Part shown: in pieces, positions 1-8,650 of the stretch
Layout of the letters: every line of letters begins with the position of its first letter
Position numbering within the stretch: position 1 is the first letter of the stretch
Made by a program: the position numbers and the translations under genes
Virus record (IMG/VR): IMGVR_UViG_3300046168_000024
Length of the DNA stretch: 64,000 bases
Origin: an uncultured virus (IMG/VR IMGVR_UViG_3300046168_000024)
Taxonomy: Duplodnaviria > Heunggongvirae > Uroviricota > Caudoviricetes
Reading direction: 5' to 3' (one strand)
Notes under the pieces: model-generated
The model's database searches: none
Told to the model about the DNA's origin: nothing
The model's input: only the letters and a program-made list of their open reading frames with translations

Positions 1-283
1 GTGTTGACTTTGGTGCTTTCTCTAACCCCGCTAGGGCTGTGGTAGAGAGTTCTAACCTCTCGGCTAGTTGTTGCACTATTTCTAATTTTGTTTCAGGTTT
101 CTCTCCAGTTTTGGTGACATATTCTGTCTTTAGATAAACTCCTTCCCTACTTAGTTTACCTATGATAGATTTTATACTCTTGTCCATACTTTTAGCTAGA
201 TTTTCTACTGTTTCTCTAGTCGGATTAGCACTATACTGTTCTATCATTTGCTCTACTTGTTCTTCTGTGTAGTTTACTGCCAT
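1..283 (-). CDS. T5 A2-like DNA-binding protein, paralog 1 (3' end beyond window)
   Basis: Not in ORF track; my translation MAVNYTEEQVEQMIEQYSANPTRETVENLAKSMDKSIKSIIGKLSREGVYLKTEYVTKTGEKPETKLEIVQQLAERLELSTTALAGLEKAPKST is clearly similar to 5399..5710 (NYT, P.RETV, SII.KLSREGVY, TKTGE). Confidence 0.75.
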   Translation of the reverse strand, partial: MAVNYTEEQVEQMIEQYSANPTRETVENLAKSMDKSIKSIIGKLSREGVYLKTEYVTKTGEKPETKLEIVQQLAERLELSTTALAGLEKAPKST

Positions 284-438
284 AGTTTATTCTCCCATTT
301 TTCTACTTGTTTAGCTACTCTAAAATTAGACCAGCCCCATTCTTCAGCTGCTATCTCTATAGCCTCCTCTTTGCCATACTTCAGTTCCCAACCCATAAAG
401 TCTACTTCCATATCATCTAGTGTATCAAGATAACTCAT
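274..438 (-). CDS. small hypothetical early protein
   Basis: MSYLDTLDDMEV...; overlaps neighbours in operon fashion. Confidence 0.6.
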   Translation of the reverse strand: MSYLDTLDDMEVDFMGWELKYGKEEAIEIAAEEWGWSNFRVAKQVEKWENKLWQ

Positions 439-691
439 TATTAAATCTCTCCCACTCATCTATTAGTCTATCGTTTTTCAACTGACTTGGCACTAATTCT
501 ATGTCGTTTCTAGTTATTCTACCATCATTGTATTCAATGTCTAGAACTCCTACTTCTTTTACTACTTCGGGTTCTGGCTCATACCACATCGAATTTAGAC
601 TATGTGCATGAAGCGATTTCACTCCTCTAGCCCATTCCTCTGCAGCGATCTGTTTAGCTCGTTTTACTACTCTATCATGGTATTGTGTCAT
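425..691 (-). CDS. hypothetical early protein
   Basis: 88 aa ORF with GGAG RBS, co-directional with cluster. Confidence 0.75.
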   Translation of the reverse strand: MTQYHDRVVKRAKQIAAEEWARGVKSLHAHSLNSMWYEPEPEVVKEVGVLDIEYNDGRITRNDIELVPSQLKNDRLIDEWERFNNELS

Positions 692-823
692 AATATCTCC
701 AATGTTCCTCTATCAAAGAATTGATATACTAGCTCATCACAGTATCCTTGTGGTTCCCACTTCTCTCCTTTGTAGCTACCTTTTACTAATTCGTATTCTT
801 CCCACCAGTCAAAGTCATCTGAT

Positions 824-1307
824 TCAAACCAGCTTTCCTTCTTTACCAAATGCTGTTAATAGAACTTCGTTTAGTTCTTCACCATCTATTTCATCAGTGT
901 CGTCATAGCACTCTCCACCTTCAATAAAGTAAGTGGTTTTTCCTACAAAGTTTCTGAACTCATCTTCATAAGTCATGGTAGCAGTTGGTTTAGTTCCTAA
1001 ACTCATTATGTATATACTGCACTAGATGTTTTACAAAGGGTATTGGTGGACTCCATGCTGAATATCCACTAAAGTAATCTTCATGATATTCTTCAACATG
1101 ACACCACTTTGCTCCAATATTCTCAATACCCCAGTTATACCAACCTTCTTCATCATATTCGGTAGGGTATATAGGTAATTTCTCTATTTCATACTCCAAC
1201 CAACCATGTGTCGTTTTACTACTAATGTTTTCCATTAGAAATTGCAGTAGTTTACTTTCTTTTTCATCAATGTCAAAAGTGACATGAAAATGTACATTAT
1301 TTGCCAT
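824..1307 (-). CDS. DUF1281/YubB-like ferredoxin-fold protein (frameshifted near 1000)
   Basis: WYNWGIENIGAKW and SAWSPP motifs; GGAG RBS before MANNVH; continues into 824..1006 frame if one T is removed near 1000. Confidence 0.55.
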
Positions 1308-1526
1308 TAGTTTACTACTCCAAAACGCAGCTTCGTATTCGGACTTACTAATCAAAACAAGCTGTTCATCTCGAATTGTCCTTCCATCTTCTAGGTCTAT
1401 CAACATATGTGTCGAATTTCTACTCACATGACCAAACCATCTAGGTTTGCTATCCTCTGGGTATCGTATTGCTACTATTTTACTACCATTTGCTTCCATT
1501 CCTACTTTATAATGTCTACTCGCCAT
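1308..1526 (-). CDS. hypothetical protein (appears fused to next gene in ORF track)
   Basis: MASRHYKVGMEAN... preceded by GAGGGAAG; 3' end uncertain, probable indel. Confidence 0.45.
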
Positions 1527-1662
1527 ATTCTTCCCTCTCTTTCTTTTTAGCCCAGTCACTCCATGTTATGAAAAACATAGGCAATACTATTGTTGCAAAT
1601 CCAAACAATGCAATAAATGTAATTAACTCTCCAATACTCATATATCTCCTTCCTGTCTGCTC

Positions 1663-2076
1663 TCAGACCTTGCTACCCTCAAAACCATTTGGGTATCGCT
1701 TTTCAAGTTTGTTTATATTTTCGTCCATTACTTCATCAGGTGTAAATCCAAGTGCGATACAACCTTGAACCCAATACCAAAGGACATCTCCTAGTTCTCT
1801 TTTCATGTGGAATATTTCATCAGCACTGAACTTACTATCTGATTGAAATACTTTTTTCTTTACTACTTCGGCAAACTCTCCACTTTCTGCCATCATACCT
1901 ATCAATGCGGTCATTAGTCTTGCCATATCTATTTCTTGGTCAATCACTTCACTACCTTGCATTGTATAAGTTCCTCGTAGATACTCTACTCTGTCACACA
2001 TTTTGGTCGTATCCTTACTTGCTCCAGAGGTAGTTGTGTCTACAAACTTTGCGTAGTCATTAATTTTACTTTCCAA
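1663..2076 (-). CDS. mazG: MazG-like nucleotide pyrophosphohydrolase
   Basis: GMMAESGEFAEVVKK, RELGDVLWY, ENINKLEKRYPNGF motifs; C-terminus probably frameshifted by an extra G. Confidence 0.85.
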   Translation of the reverse strand: MESKINDYAKFVDTTTSGASKDTTKMCDRVEYLRGTYTMQGSEVIDQEIDMARLMTALIGMMAESGEFAEVVKKKVFQSDSKFSADEIFHMKRELGDVLWYWVQGCIALGFTPDEVMDENINKLEKRYPNGFEGSKV

Positions 2077-2373
2077 TATCTTTTACCTCTTTTTTTGGTA
2101 TCACTTGGTATGCACCTTTGTTATAAGCAATTGATACCGTGTATTGCTTACTGATTTCTTTCTTATATGAAGTATCTTCAGGTGTTTGATACTCCTTCAC
2201 TTTTGCACTAGGATAGGTCGTTTGTTTACTACTTTTTTGTCGTTTTATTACTATTTATATCACTTTTAGTTGCTTTTTTGCCACTTATTAGTCACTTTTT
2301 TTAGTAGTTTTCCTCACTTTTTTTCCTTTTCTCTGCCATGTATATCATAACTCATGCTACCTTTAACTATCAT
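2065..2373 (-). pseudogene. disrupted (or error-containing) phage hypothetical gene
   Basis: Starts MIVKGSMSYDIHGR, later frame reads ...SIAYNKGAYQVIP; stops and frameshifts in the A-rich middle. Confidence 0.4.
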
Positions 2374-2575
2374 TTTTGTAATCCCCCATGTCTATGTTGT
2401 AGATTTCGCACAATCTGTTTAGCATTAGTTCATACTCTAGTGTTAATTCTACAATGTGTTCGTTAAGATGTTGCAAATCATCAAGGCACAACTTTATTTC
2501 ATCTTCATGCTTTTTCAGTTCTACCTTGATTTTATCCCCCTCTGTGACAGTAGGGAACTGTATAATTTTACCCAT
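2363..2575 (-). CDS. coiled-coil hypothetical protein
   Basis: MGKIIQFP N-terminus typical of phage small proteins; heptad pattern. Confidence 0.7.
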   Translation of the reverse strand: MGKIIQFPTVTEGDKIKVELKKHEDEIKLCLDDLQHLNEHIVELTLEYELMLNRLCEIYNIDMGDYKNDS

Positions 2576-3035
2576 TATTTAAAACCCCTCAAAAATGTGG
2601 TCTATCATTACTAGCACAAATGTGCCTATGATACAGAACACTATTAAGCAAGTGTATACTTCTACAAACCACTCACCCATAGTTATTATCGTCATCGTTG
2701 TTGCTAAAGTATATAAATACTAGAAACATAGCAACTAGAATTATTACTGTGTAATCCATTCAAATCCTCCTACTAATAACATTACTACTATCGCTCCGAT
2801 ACCGAAACCTATCAGTATCCACTCTGTTGGGTCGTCCTTGTCAAAGGGTTTCCATACTTCGTGATTGGCTTTCCCTCAATCCAACCATAACCTTTCCACT
2901 TATCTTTCATCAGCAAAGCCTCCTGTATATAAATCTACTAGGTATGACTCTATTAGATCGATGTAGTCTTGATAACTGTCATACTCTCCACTTATAGTAT
3001 CGTAAGCATACTTCATTGCTCTTAGCATATCCTCT

Positions 3036-3284
3036 TTAGGAATTTGAAAACGCATCTATGATGTGTCCATCATGGTCTTTGTCAAAGTTAGGGTAGTATG
3101 ATAATTCATTTTGCACTTCTTGTAGTTCTAAAACACCATAGATTATGCACTCATAGAACTCCTCTACTTTCTTCATAACTGTCCAAAGTGAGTGGGAATG
3201 AAAAAAGAGCAACCCATCGCTCTCATCTTGAACGGGTTGCTCTTTGTATTTGTCATTGAATAGTTTGTTTTTGATACTACTCAT
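3036..3284 (-). CDS. hypothetical protein
   Basis: 82 aa, GAGGAG RBS. Confidence 0.6.
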   Translation of the reverse strand: MSSIKNKLFNDKYKEQPVQDESDGLLFFHSHSLWTVMKKVEEFYECIIYGVLELQEVQNELSYYPNFDKDHDGHIIDAFSNS

Positions 3285-3451
3285 TAGGTTGCTCCTCTAC
3301 TTTTTGAAAGGTTGTGCCATCACAGTATCCTACCATTTTTCTTCTGTGTATCTCTTTACGAGCATACTTACCTTCAACACTCTGGTCGTTTTCCTAACTT
3401 AGACAATGCCCTTGTCAGTGAATTGCATATAATCGTGCCATAACTGTTTCA

Positions 3452-3637
3452 TTACTTCACTCCTTCGGATAATCTATCCAATTCGTCATAATCATACTCT
3501 TTGTTGATAATGATTTTTACTTTTCTTTTGTTTGCTCCTACCACTGTGTGGTCAAGAACTAAGCCATTTTTTGCTAGAGCATTTACTTTTCTTTTGAATG
3601 TTCCATACTCTTTTTGTGTCAATATTGCTGTTGTCAT
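3452..3637 (-). CDS. hypothetical protein
   Basis: 61 aa, co-directional, purine-rich RBS. Confidence 0.6.
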   Translation of the reverse strand: MTTAILTQKEYGTFKRKVNALAKNGLVLDHTVVGANKRKVKIIINKEYDYDELDRLSEGVK

Positions 3638-3767
3638 TTGCCTTGCCCCCTATATGCTTTATGTGAACGCTTCTTGTGTTTGTTCATGTTAATACTGAAT
3701 GTGCTTTTGTTGTTGCCTTGTGAAGTCTTTTTCACATGACTGATATGTCCTTTACTCCATGATGCCA

Positions 3768-3986
3768 TTACACACTCTCCTTAGTAGCCCATACCACTTT
3801 GATACCTCTACGGGTTAGTTCGTTCATACACTTTTGCACTACCTTTGGTTTCGCATTTGAACTATTGATGTAGTCAAATAACTCCTGCTTTGGTGTGTTG
3901 TGTATGAAATAATGTTTCATCTTTTGCTTTGCAGCAGGAATACCTCTTTTGTATTCTCTATGTGATTTCTTAAATTTCATTGGCAT
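3768..3986 (-). CDS. basic hypothetical protein
   Basis: AAGGAG RBS, first gene after promoter at 4035-4063. Confidence 0.7.
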   Translation of the reverse strand: MPMKFKKSHREYKRGIPAAKQKMKHYFIHNTPKQELFDYINSSNAKPKVVQKCMNELTRRGIKVVWATKESV

Positions 3987-4033
3987 AACGCACACTCCTT
4001 ATTTAATTTGGTTATTATTTTTTATATGAGTAT

Positions 4034-4062
4034 ATTATACTCGGTTTGAGAGGTCTTGTCAA
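4034..4062 (-). promoter_or_regulatory. sigma70-type early promoter
   Basis: TTGACA-17 bp-TATAAT on minus strand with A-rich upstream element. Confidence 0.85.
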
Positions 4063-4110
4063 GAACTATTTTTAAAAAGGTAGGAAATTTTGATGTTAAG
4101 TTTTTTGAAG

Positions 4111-4140
4111 GAAAAAGAAAGGGAGTATGAAACTCCCTTT
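4111..4140 (-). terminator. intrinsic terminator closing the large ncRNA
   Basis: AAAGGGAGT-TTCAT-ACTCCCTTT followed by CTTTTT on minus strand. Confidence 0.85.
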
Positions 4141-5067
4141 ACTAATACAAGTCGCAACGCGTGTGGGACAGGGGACACTATCAAAGAAGTTCCAATACTT
4201 GGTTGAATACTATGACTTTCACATGGTTATCCAACACCCCCCAAATCCCATTCTTGCCTTGCCATTTCAGTCTGTGCTAGGTCATTTTTACTTCGCTTGA
4301 CTACCGAATCGGTTGCAGAGGCGAGCATTAGTGGACAATTTGGTTATCTCATATACTATCTAGTTGTATCTGCCCCTCTTACCCTACTACAATCTCGGAT
4401 TTATTTACAGCTAACCTCAAACGATTGTGTGGGATATCCTCGCAGGATACGATGCAATCTCTCTCTAAATCAGATTGCTTACCCTTGAAACAACTGTGCT
4501 CACATTCCTTGGTGGGGTTGACAGCTAAAGCTGAATCTCGCCTCGCACACTGAGTTGTTAAAAGTGTTGGTTTGGTCGAGAACTCCAACAAACTCCTGAC
4601 TTTGATTAAGCTAGTGTCAGACTAACTAGGTTTGCTACTTGCTGTGTCGGTTTACACCTTTGGCTTTCATCTGATATTTTCGTTGTATCCACCCGTTCAA
4701 TCACGCTTATATCTATCTGTTTCACTTCTGATTGTATAAGAAAATCCCGAAGGTTTAAAGTCTTCCGACTAGCAAAAGCGAGTGTAGAACTTACTACTTA
4801 CCACCGACTGCCTTGCCTACTTGAATTTGGACTTATCGGACTTACTTTGGATTTACTGAATGTCTACCACTCTAACTCTCTTTACGCAGTGCCGTCCTGC
4901 GAACATAACTCGACTTTTCATGGTTGGTCACGATGCTTAGAAATATCTCTTATGTTGAGTATCAAACTTACACCGACTAGACACTTAGGACATGCTAGTT
5001 TGCCCCCCATCGTTCAAAGCAGTTGGGTCGCTGTATTTATTTACTTTTTGTTTTTTTTTCAAAATAT
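4112..5067 (-). ncRNA. putative large (~950 nt) structured non-coding RNA
   Basis: Own consensus promoter and terminator; more GC-rich than flanks; no RBS-led ORF; many stems with GNRA/UUCG loops. Confidence 0.7.
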
Positions 5068-5073
5068 AGATAT

Positions 5074-5102
5074 ATTATATCCACTTTCTAACCATTTGTC
5101 AA
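5074..5102 (-). promoter_or_regulatory. consensus sigma70 promoter driving the large ncRNA
   Basis: TTGACA (5102-5097), 17 bp, TATAAT (5079-5074). Confidence 0.85.
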
Positions 5103-5211
5103 GAAGAATTTTGATTTATTTACTACTTGGTTGGTAATAAATCAATTCAGTCCCAACGGGTGTGATACTTTCGTTTTCTCACTTGGTTTCCCTTTTTCTA
5201 AATATAAGTAT

Positions 5212-5240
5212 ATTATACTCACTCTAGAACCATTTGTCAA
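5212..5240 (-). promoter_or_regulatory. second tandem consensus promoter
   Basis: TTGACAAATGGTT...AGT..GTATAAT, near-duplicate of the 5074-5102 promoter. Confidence 0.8.
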
Positions 5241-5276
5241 CAAAAACTTTACATTATTTGTTGAAACTTCACTTAA

Positions 5277-5344
5277 GTCAAGGTGTTGGAGTTGAACCAA
5301 CCACTTCCTGAATAAGGCGTGCTTCCGCAGACACTTACCCTGAC
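5277..5344 (-). ncRNA. tRNA-like element with shrunken anticodon arm
   Basis: GTCAGGGT/ACCTTGAC acceptor-like stem, D-like arm, GTTGG-TTCAACT-CCAAC T-arm, only CCT-TATTC-AGG at the anticodon position. Confidence 0.55.
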
Positions 5345-5398
5345 TAGGCTCGTCGCCCTGACTTAAATGGGTTAGTATGGCTAACCACTCCTTGACAA

Positions 5399-5710
5399 TT
5401 ATTGTGAGATTGCGTCAACCAATCTTTGTAGGTCTTGCTTTCCAGCTTTGACAAAAGTAGGTAGTTCGATTCCGAAGTGCTCAGAAATAGTGTTTACTAG
5501 CTCACTCTTTTGAACTACAGGCTCGCCTGTTTTAGTTGTTCTAGGTTGTGCTTTGTAAACTCCTTCTCTTGATAACTTAGCAATGATACTTCTTGTAGTT
5601 TTGCCTAATTCTTGTGCAAGTGCGTCTACTGTTTCCCTTGAAGGGTTTTCTTGGTAGGCTTTAGTCATAGATGCTACCATTTCATCTGTATAATTTTTAG
5701 CGTTTGCCAT
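5399..5710 (-). CDS. T5 A2-like pre-early DNA-binding protein
   Basis: Start MANAKNYT after GGGAG RBS and a promoter at ~5751-5778; RSIIAKLSREGVYK resembles the T5 A2 SVRSKL...YQK segment. Confidence 0.7.
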   Translation of the reverse strand: MANAKNYTDEMVASMTKAYQENPSRETVDALAQELGKTTRSIIAKLSREGVYKAQPRTTKTGEPVVQKSELVNTISEHFGIELPTFVKAGKQDLQRLVDAISQ

Positions 5711-6047
5711 TTTAATAACTCCCATTATTTTTAATATCTTATATTGTATATTATATCCAAAGTATCCTCGTTTGTCAACCACTTTTTGTAAAAACTTTGA
5801 TTTTTGTGCATCAAGTGGAGTGTCTGTTGAGGTTTTATCTTTTTTCATAATATGTATATTATAGGCGATGTGATTAGTCATGTCAAGAAGAAATGCGAAT
5901 TATTTATAAAAATGCACATCGTTATTTCGGGGGCAGGGACGCGAAACCTCACAGCGGGTGTGCACAAATCTCCAAAAAACGCAAAATTTCTCTTGACACC
6001 CGCGCAAATCTGTGCTAAACTATAAATAAGTCTTATTATAGACTAAT

Positions 6048-6120
6048 ACATCACTTTGACACTCCGTTTTATCACTTTAGCACTTCGTTTATGCACTTCA
6101 GTTTTGCACTTTGGCGCCGG
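6048..6120. repeat. short CACT(T/C) repeats, cluster 1
   Basis: about six CACTT/CACTC units at 9-15 bp spacing ending in CACTTTGGCGC. Confidence 0.55.
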
Positions 6121-6240
6121 AGGTGGCTTTAAGCGGGTAAAGTGGCGTATTTATGCGGGTTTTGACGAAACAATCGATAATTAAAGTGGTTTTCACGAAA
6201 CAGACTAGCAATATAAAAAATTCTTCGATAAATGCGAAAA

Positions 6241-6280
6241 TTCTCTTGACACCCGCCTCAGAGTATGATAAAATCGGCGC
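6241..6280 (+). promoter_or_regulatory. rightward promoter of a repeated class
   Basis: TTCTCTTGACACCCGC (also at ~5988) and TATGATAAAATCGGCGC (also at 9073-9089). Confidence 0.65.
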
Positions 6281-6371
6281 GATTTGATGCACAGATTATG
6301 CGAAGTAAAATAATTGAATTATTTTCGCTTTACCTATTGATATTTCTAATAAAGTGCGTATAATACATATT

Positions 6372-6512
6372 ATGAAAAACGAAAAGAAAGTTGAAAAAAC
6401 AAAAGCAACATTAGTTCGTGAAGTGGAAGCTAAATTCAAAGTAAAAGATGGTTTCTTTGACTCTTTAGAGAGAGCTAACAAAGAAACAATTGTCAAATTA
6501 CTCTCCCTTTAA
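6372..6512 (+). CDS. 46-aa protein resembling the A2 C-terminal domain, probably leaderless
   Basis: MKNEKKVEKTKATLVREVEAKFKVKDGFFDSLERANKETIVKLLSL; TATAAT at 6359-6364 just before ATG, no RBS. Confidence 0.6.
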   Translation: MKNEKKVEKTKATLVREVEAKFKVKDGFFDSLERANKETIVKLLSL

Positions 6513-6600
6513 GTGAACAGTTGTCTAAAATTCGAAGTGTAAGTTACTTTGTTCCTCAAAACTAGGCAAAAGTCCCTATTGGCACGGGACTGAGCTCGCC

Positions 6601-6647
6601 AAACCCGACAAATGTCCCCGAGGAACGGACAGGCGTCGGGTTTTTTT
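6601..6647 (+). terminator. intrinsic terminator
   Basis: AAACCCGAC...GTCGGGTTT plus T-run, internal TGTCC/GGACA stem. Confidence 0.7.
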
Positions 6648-6732
6648 GTGAATTATTTTAAATTTTTCCCTTGACAAAAGTAAAAATGTGTGCTACAATA
6701 CTAGGGTGGCGGGCGGGATACCCACGGAGACT

Positions 6733-6752
6733 TGGGGATAACCTGTGGATAA
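6733..6752. promoter_or_regulatory. tandem DnaA boxes
   Basis: TGGGGATAA (1 mismatch) and perfect TGTGGATAA (reverse complement of TTATCCACA). Confidence 0.6.
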
Positions 6753-6770
6753 GTCGGCTTCGCCAAGGTA

Positions 6771-6858
6771 GACTTTGCACTTGTTTCGCTTTCGCACTCT
6801 GGCGCACAAGCGCTTCGCTTTACCACTTCACTTTTTCACTCTGGCGCAGAGCGCACTG
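6771..6858. repeat. short CACT/CGCTT repeats, cluster 2
   Basis: CACTCTGGCGCA twice, TTCGCTTT twice, further CACTT units. Confidence 0.55.
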
Positions 6859-6909
6859 ATGCAGTTCTCTAAATCTCAGGCAGGGGGTATCCCTCAAAAT
6901 TAATTGACG

Positions 6910-7188
6910 AAAAAAAGAGTGAGGGTGGGAAATCTTGAATAATCGCAATTTCCCAATCCTCAGAAGGTGGTCTTTGTTAATCCGAAAATTAGCATTTTTT
7001 CCTTCTTTTTGAAAAGTGGCAGTTATCTTGAAAGTTCGTAGAAGTTCGGTTGATGTTTTCCCTTCTCGGTTCTATCTAAGAAAATCTGATCTTTTCTCAT
7101 TTTCCCCAAGTTCTCGATCTTGCGATAAAGTCTTGGTGTCAATCCCCTATTTTCTGTTTTCCCTTTAAGGTGTGTTTCCTTAGTTGAT
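6910..7188 (-). ncRNA. putative ~280-nt structured RNA
   Basis: TTGACA-16-TATAAT promoter at 7222-7195, consecutive hairpins, terminal stem plus T-run; only 25-aa and 11-aa mini-ORFs. Confidence 0.4.
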
Positions 7189-7364
7189 ATAATCATTATA
7201 AGGATTTTCTGTCCTATGTCAACAATTATTTTAAATTAATTTAATAAATTCACAATAATAAAAATCTGTAATACTAATACAATTAGAGGTATTACAGTTC
7301 TTATAAGTTCCATAATGTGATTATACTTATCAAGCCACCTTTCAAATCTATAAATTTTGTTCAT

Positions 7365-7400
7365 AAAAAAAGGGAGTAAGTTTATTGGACTTACTCCCTT
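7365..7400 (-). terminator. intrinsic terminator after HAD gene
   Basis: AAGGGAGTAAGT-CCAATAA-ACTTACTCCCTT-TTTTT. Confidence 0.85.
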
Positions 7401-7413
7401 AGGTTGTTAGAAA

Positions 7414-7929
7414 CTAAGCAAATCGCTTGTTCCATATTCTCGCATTAACTGTTTCAACATTTCCATATTTTCGGATAGCAGTTAAATTTGCTGTCCTATC
7501 ATCATAGAAATATTTCTTTAGTTTTGCGAATTGCTTGAAATTCCAAAAGTGTCGCAGTTGCTTTGCTTTTAGAATATCATCTCTAGTAATGTTATCCTTA
7601 GGTCTTGAATAAATATAATCATAGTAAATACCCATTGAATGAATATATTCCAAATCATATTCTCCAAGTTCTCTAGCTGTGCAAATTATGACAATGTTTC
7701 CATTTTCATAATCTTGTCTTAACTGCCAATACATAGGAAGTAAATCATCTTTAAAAATGTTTTCCTTAGTATTGTTAGCTTTCCAATTAGCCAAGTCTAG
7801 TTCCCCATTTTCCATATATTTTGTTCGGTGGCTACTATCAATGATAGTTCCATCTAAATCATATATGCAAATTTTCGGATTAACAAAGTTTAGAATTCTA
7901 GGTATAAATTGAGTTTTAAGTTTCAACAT
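7414..7929 (-). CDS. HAD-superfamily phosphatase (possible T5 Dmp analogue)
   Basis: YDLDGT motif I, CTAR motif II, K, YDDR motif IV; pre-early position. Confidence 0.8.
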   Translation of the reverse strand: MLKLKTQFIPRILNFVNPKICIYDLDGTIIDSSHRTKYMENGELDLANWKANNTKENIFKDDLLPMYWQLRQDYENGNIVIICTARELGEYDLEYIHSMGIYYDYIYSRPKDNITRDDILKAKQLRHFWNFKQFAKLKKYFYDDRTANLTAIRKYGNVETVNARIWNKRFA

Positions 7930-8083
7930 CTTTTAAACCCTCTTTAATTTTCTGCTTTGCTCTTTGTTCCATATGTCGCCAAGCTCTATCATATGATTTT
8001 GCTTTTAGCCATTCTTCCCTAGTTGCAAAGCCGAATTTTTCCCATTCTTCTTTTTTAGTTTCAAATAAATCAAGTTGTTTCAT
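7916..8083 (-). CDS. 55-aa hypothetical protein
   Basis: MKQLDLFETKKEEWEKFGF..., GAGGT RBS. Confidence 0.6.
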   Translation of the reverse strand: MKQLDLFETKKEEWEKFGFATREEWLKAKSYDRAWRHMEQRAKQKIKEGLKDVET

Positions 8084-8462
8084 TCTTACCTCTTTTCTTT
8101 ATTTGTTTATTAACGATTTTGTATGCTTGTAAAATACAAGATTTAATCTGATTTCCAGAACAGTAAAACCATTCTGTATAACCAAGACCTAAATTCTTGT
8201 CATTTACTTTTTCATACCCTCGCAAAATAGCAATTTCAGTTGCTATCCTTTCAATGCTTTTTGCAAGTATATTTTCGGATATAAAAACCTTTTTTATAAG
8301 GTGTTCTTGTCCTTTCAAATTTCCTGACATTCTGAAACCTGAAATTCTTCTATCTATATCCTTAGTAGTATAGCCCACCTTAGACCTAATTCTTTTGTTT
8401 TGATACAACTGATTTAGGTCTAGTTCAAGGGCATAAACTTTATCTTGAAGATTTAAATTCAT
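8070..8462 (-). CDS. T5orf172/GIY-YIG-like domain protein
   Basis: KVGYTTKDIDRRI...E...GYTEWF pattern. Confidence 0.7.
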   Translation of the reverse strand: MNLNLQDKVYALELDLNQLYQNKRIRSKVGYTTKDIDRRISGFRMSGNLKGQEHLIKKVFISENILAKSIERIATEIAILRGYEKVNDKNLGLGYTEWFYCSGNQIKSCILQAYKIVNKQIKKRGKNETT

Positions 8463-8650
8463 GCTCTATCTTTTAAAGGTGTTTTAGTTTCAATATTCCA
8501 ATTCATTACCAATGCGACTAGATCAGATTTATTCGATCTGTCAAATGCAGTAAATGGAGTTAAACCCTCATTCATAAGAAATTCATTGATTTCTCTTTGC
8601 ATTGTCGCCTTTGGTAAATTCTCAAAATAAACTATTTTTTCTTTAGCCAT
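8459..8650 (-). CDS. 63-aa protein with A2 C-terminal-like motif
   Basis: GAGGT RBS; KATMQREI...FDRSNKSDLVAL resembles 6372..6512. Confidence 0.7.
   Translation of the reverse strand: MAKEKIVYFENLPKATMQREINEFLMNEGLTPFTAFDRSNKSDLVALVMNWNIETKTPLKDRA

Noticed and set aside
4112..5067. Group I/II intron, RNase P or tmRNA identity for the large RNA
   Set aside because: No flanking exons, and I could not see domain V, GAGGAAAGUCC or tRNA-like termini by eye; not excluded without cmscan.
4297..5137. ORFs 4297..4488, 4379..4591 and 4847..5137
   Set aside because: TTG starts, no recognisable protein features, two are antisense to the promoter; better explained as ncRNA.
5711..5881. N-terminal extension of the A2-like ORF
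   Set aside because: Spans a promoter; RBS and paralogue alignment support a start at 5710.
6560..6650. Self-cleaving ribozyme after the 46-aa gene
   Set aside because: Hairpins are present but no CUGAnGA/GAAA core is visible; the terminator explanation suffices.
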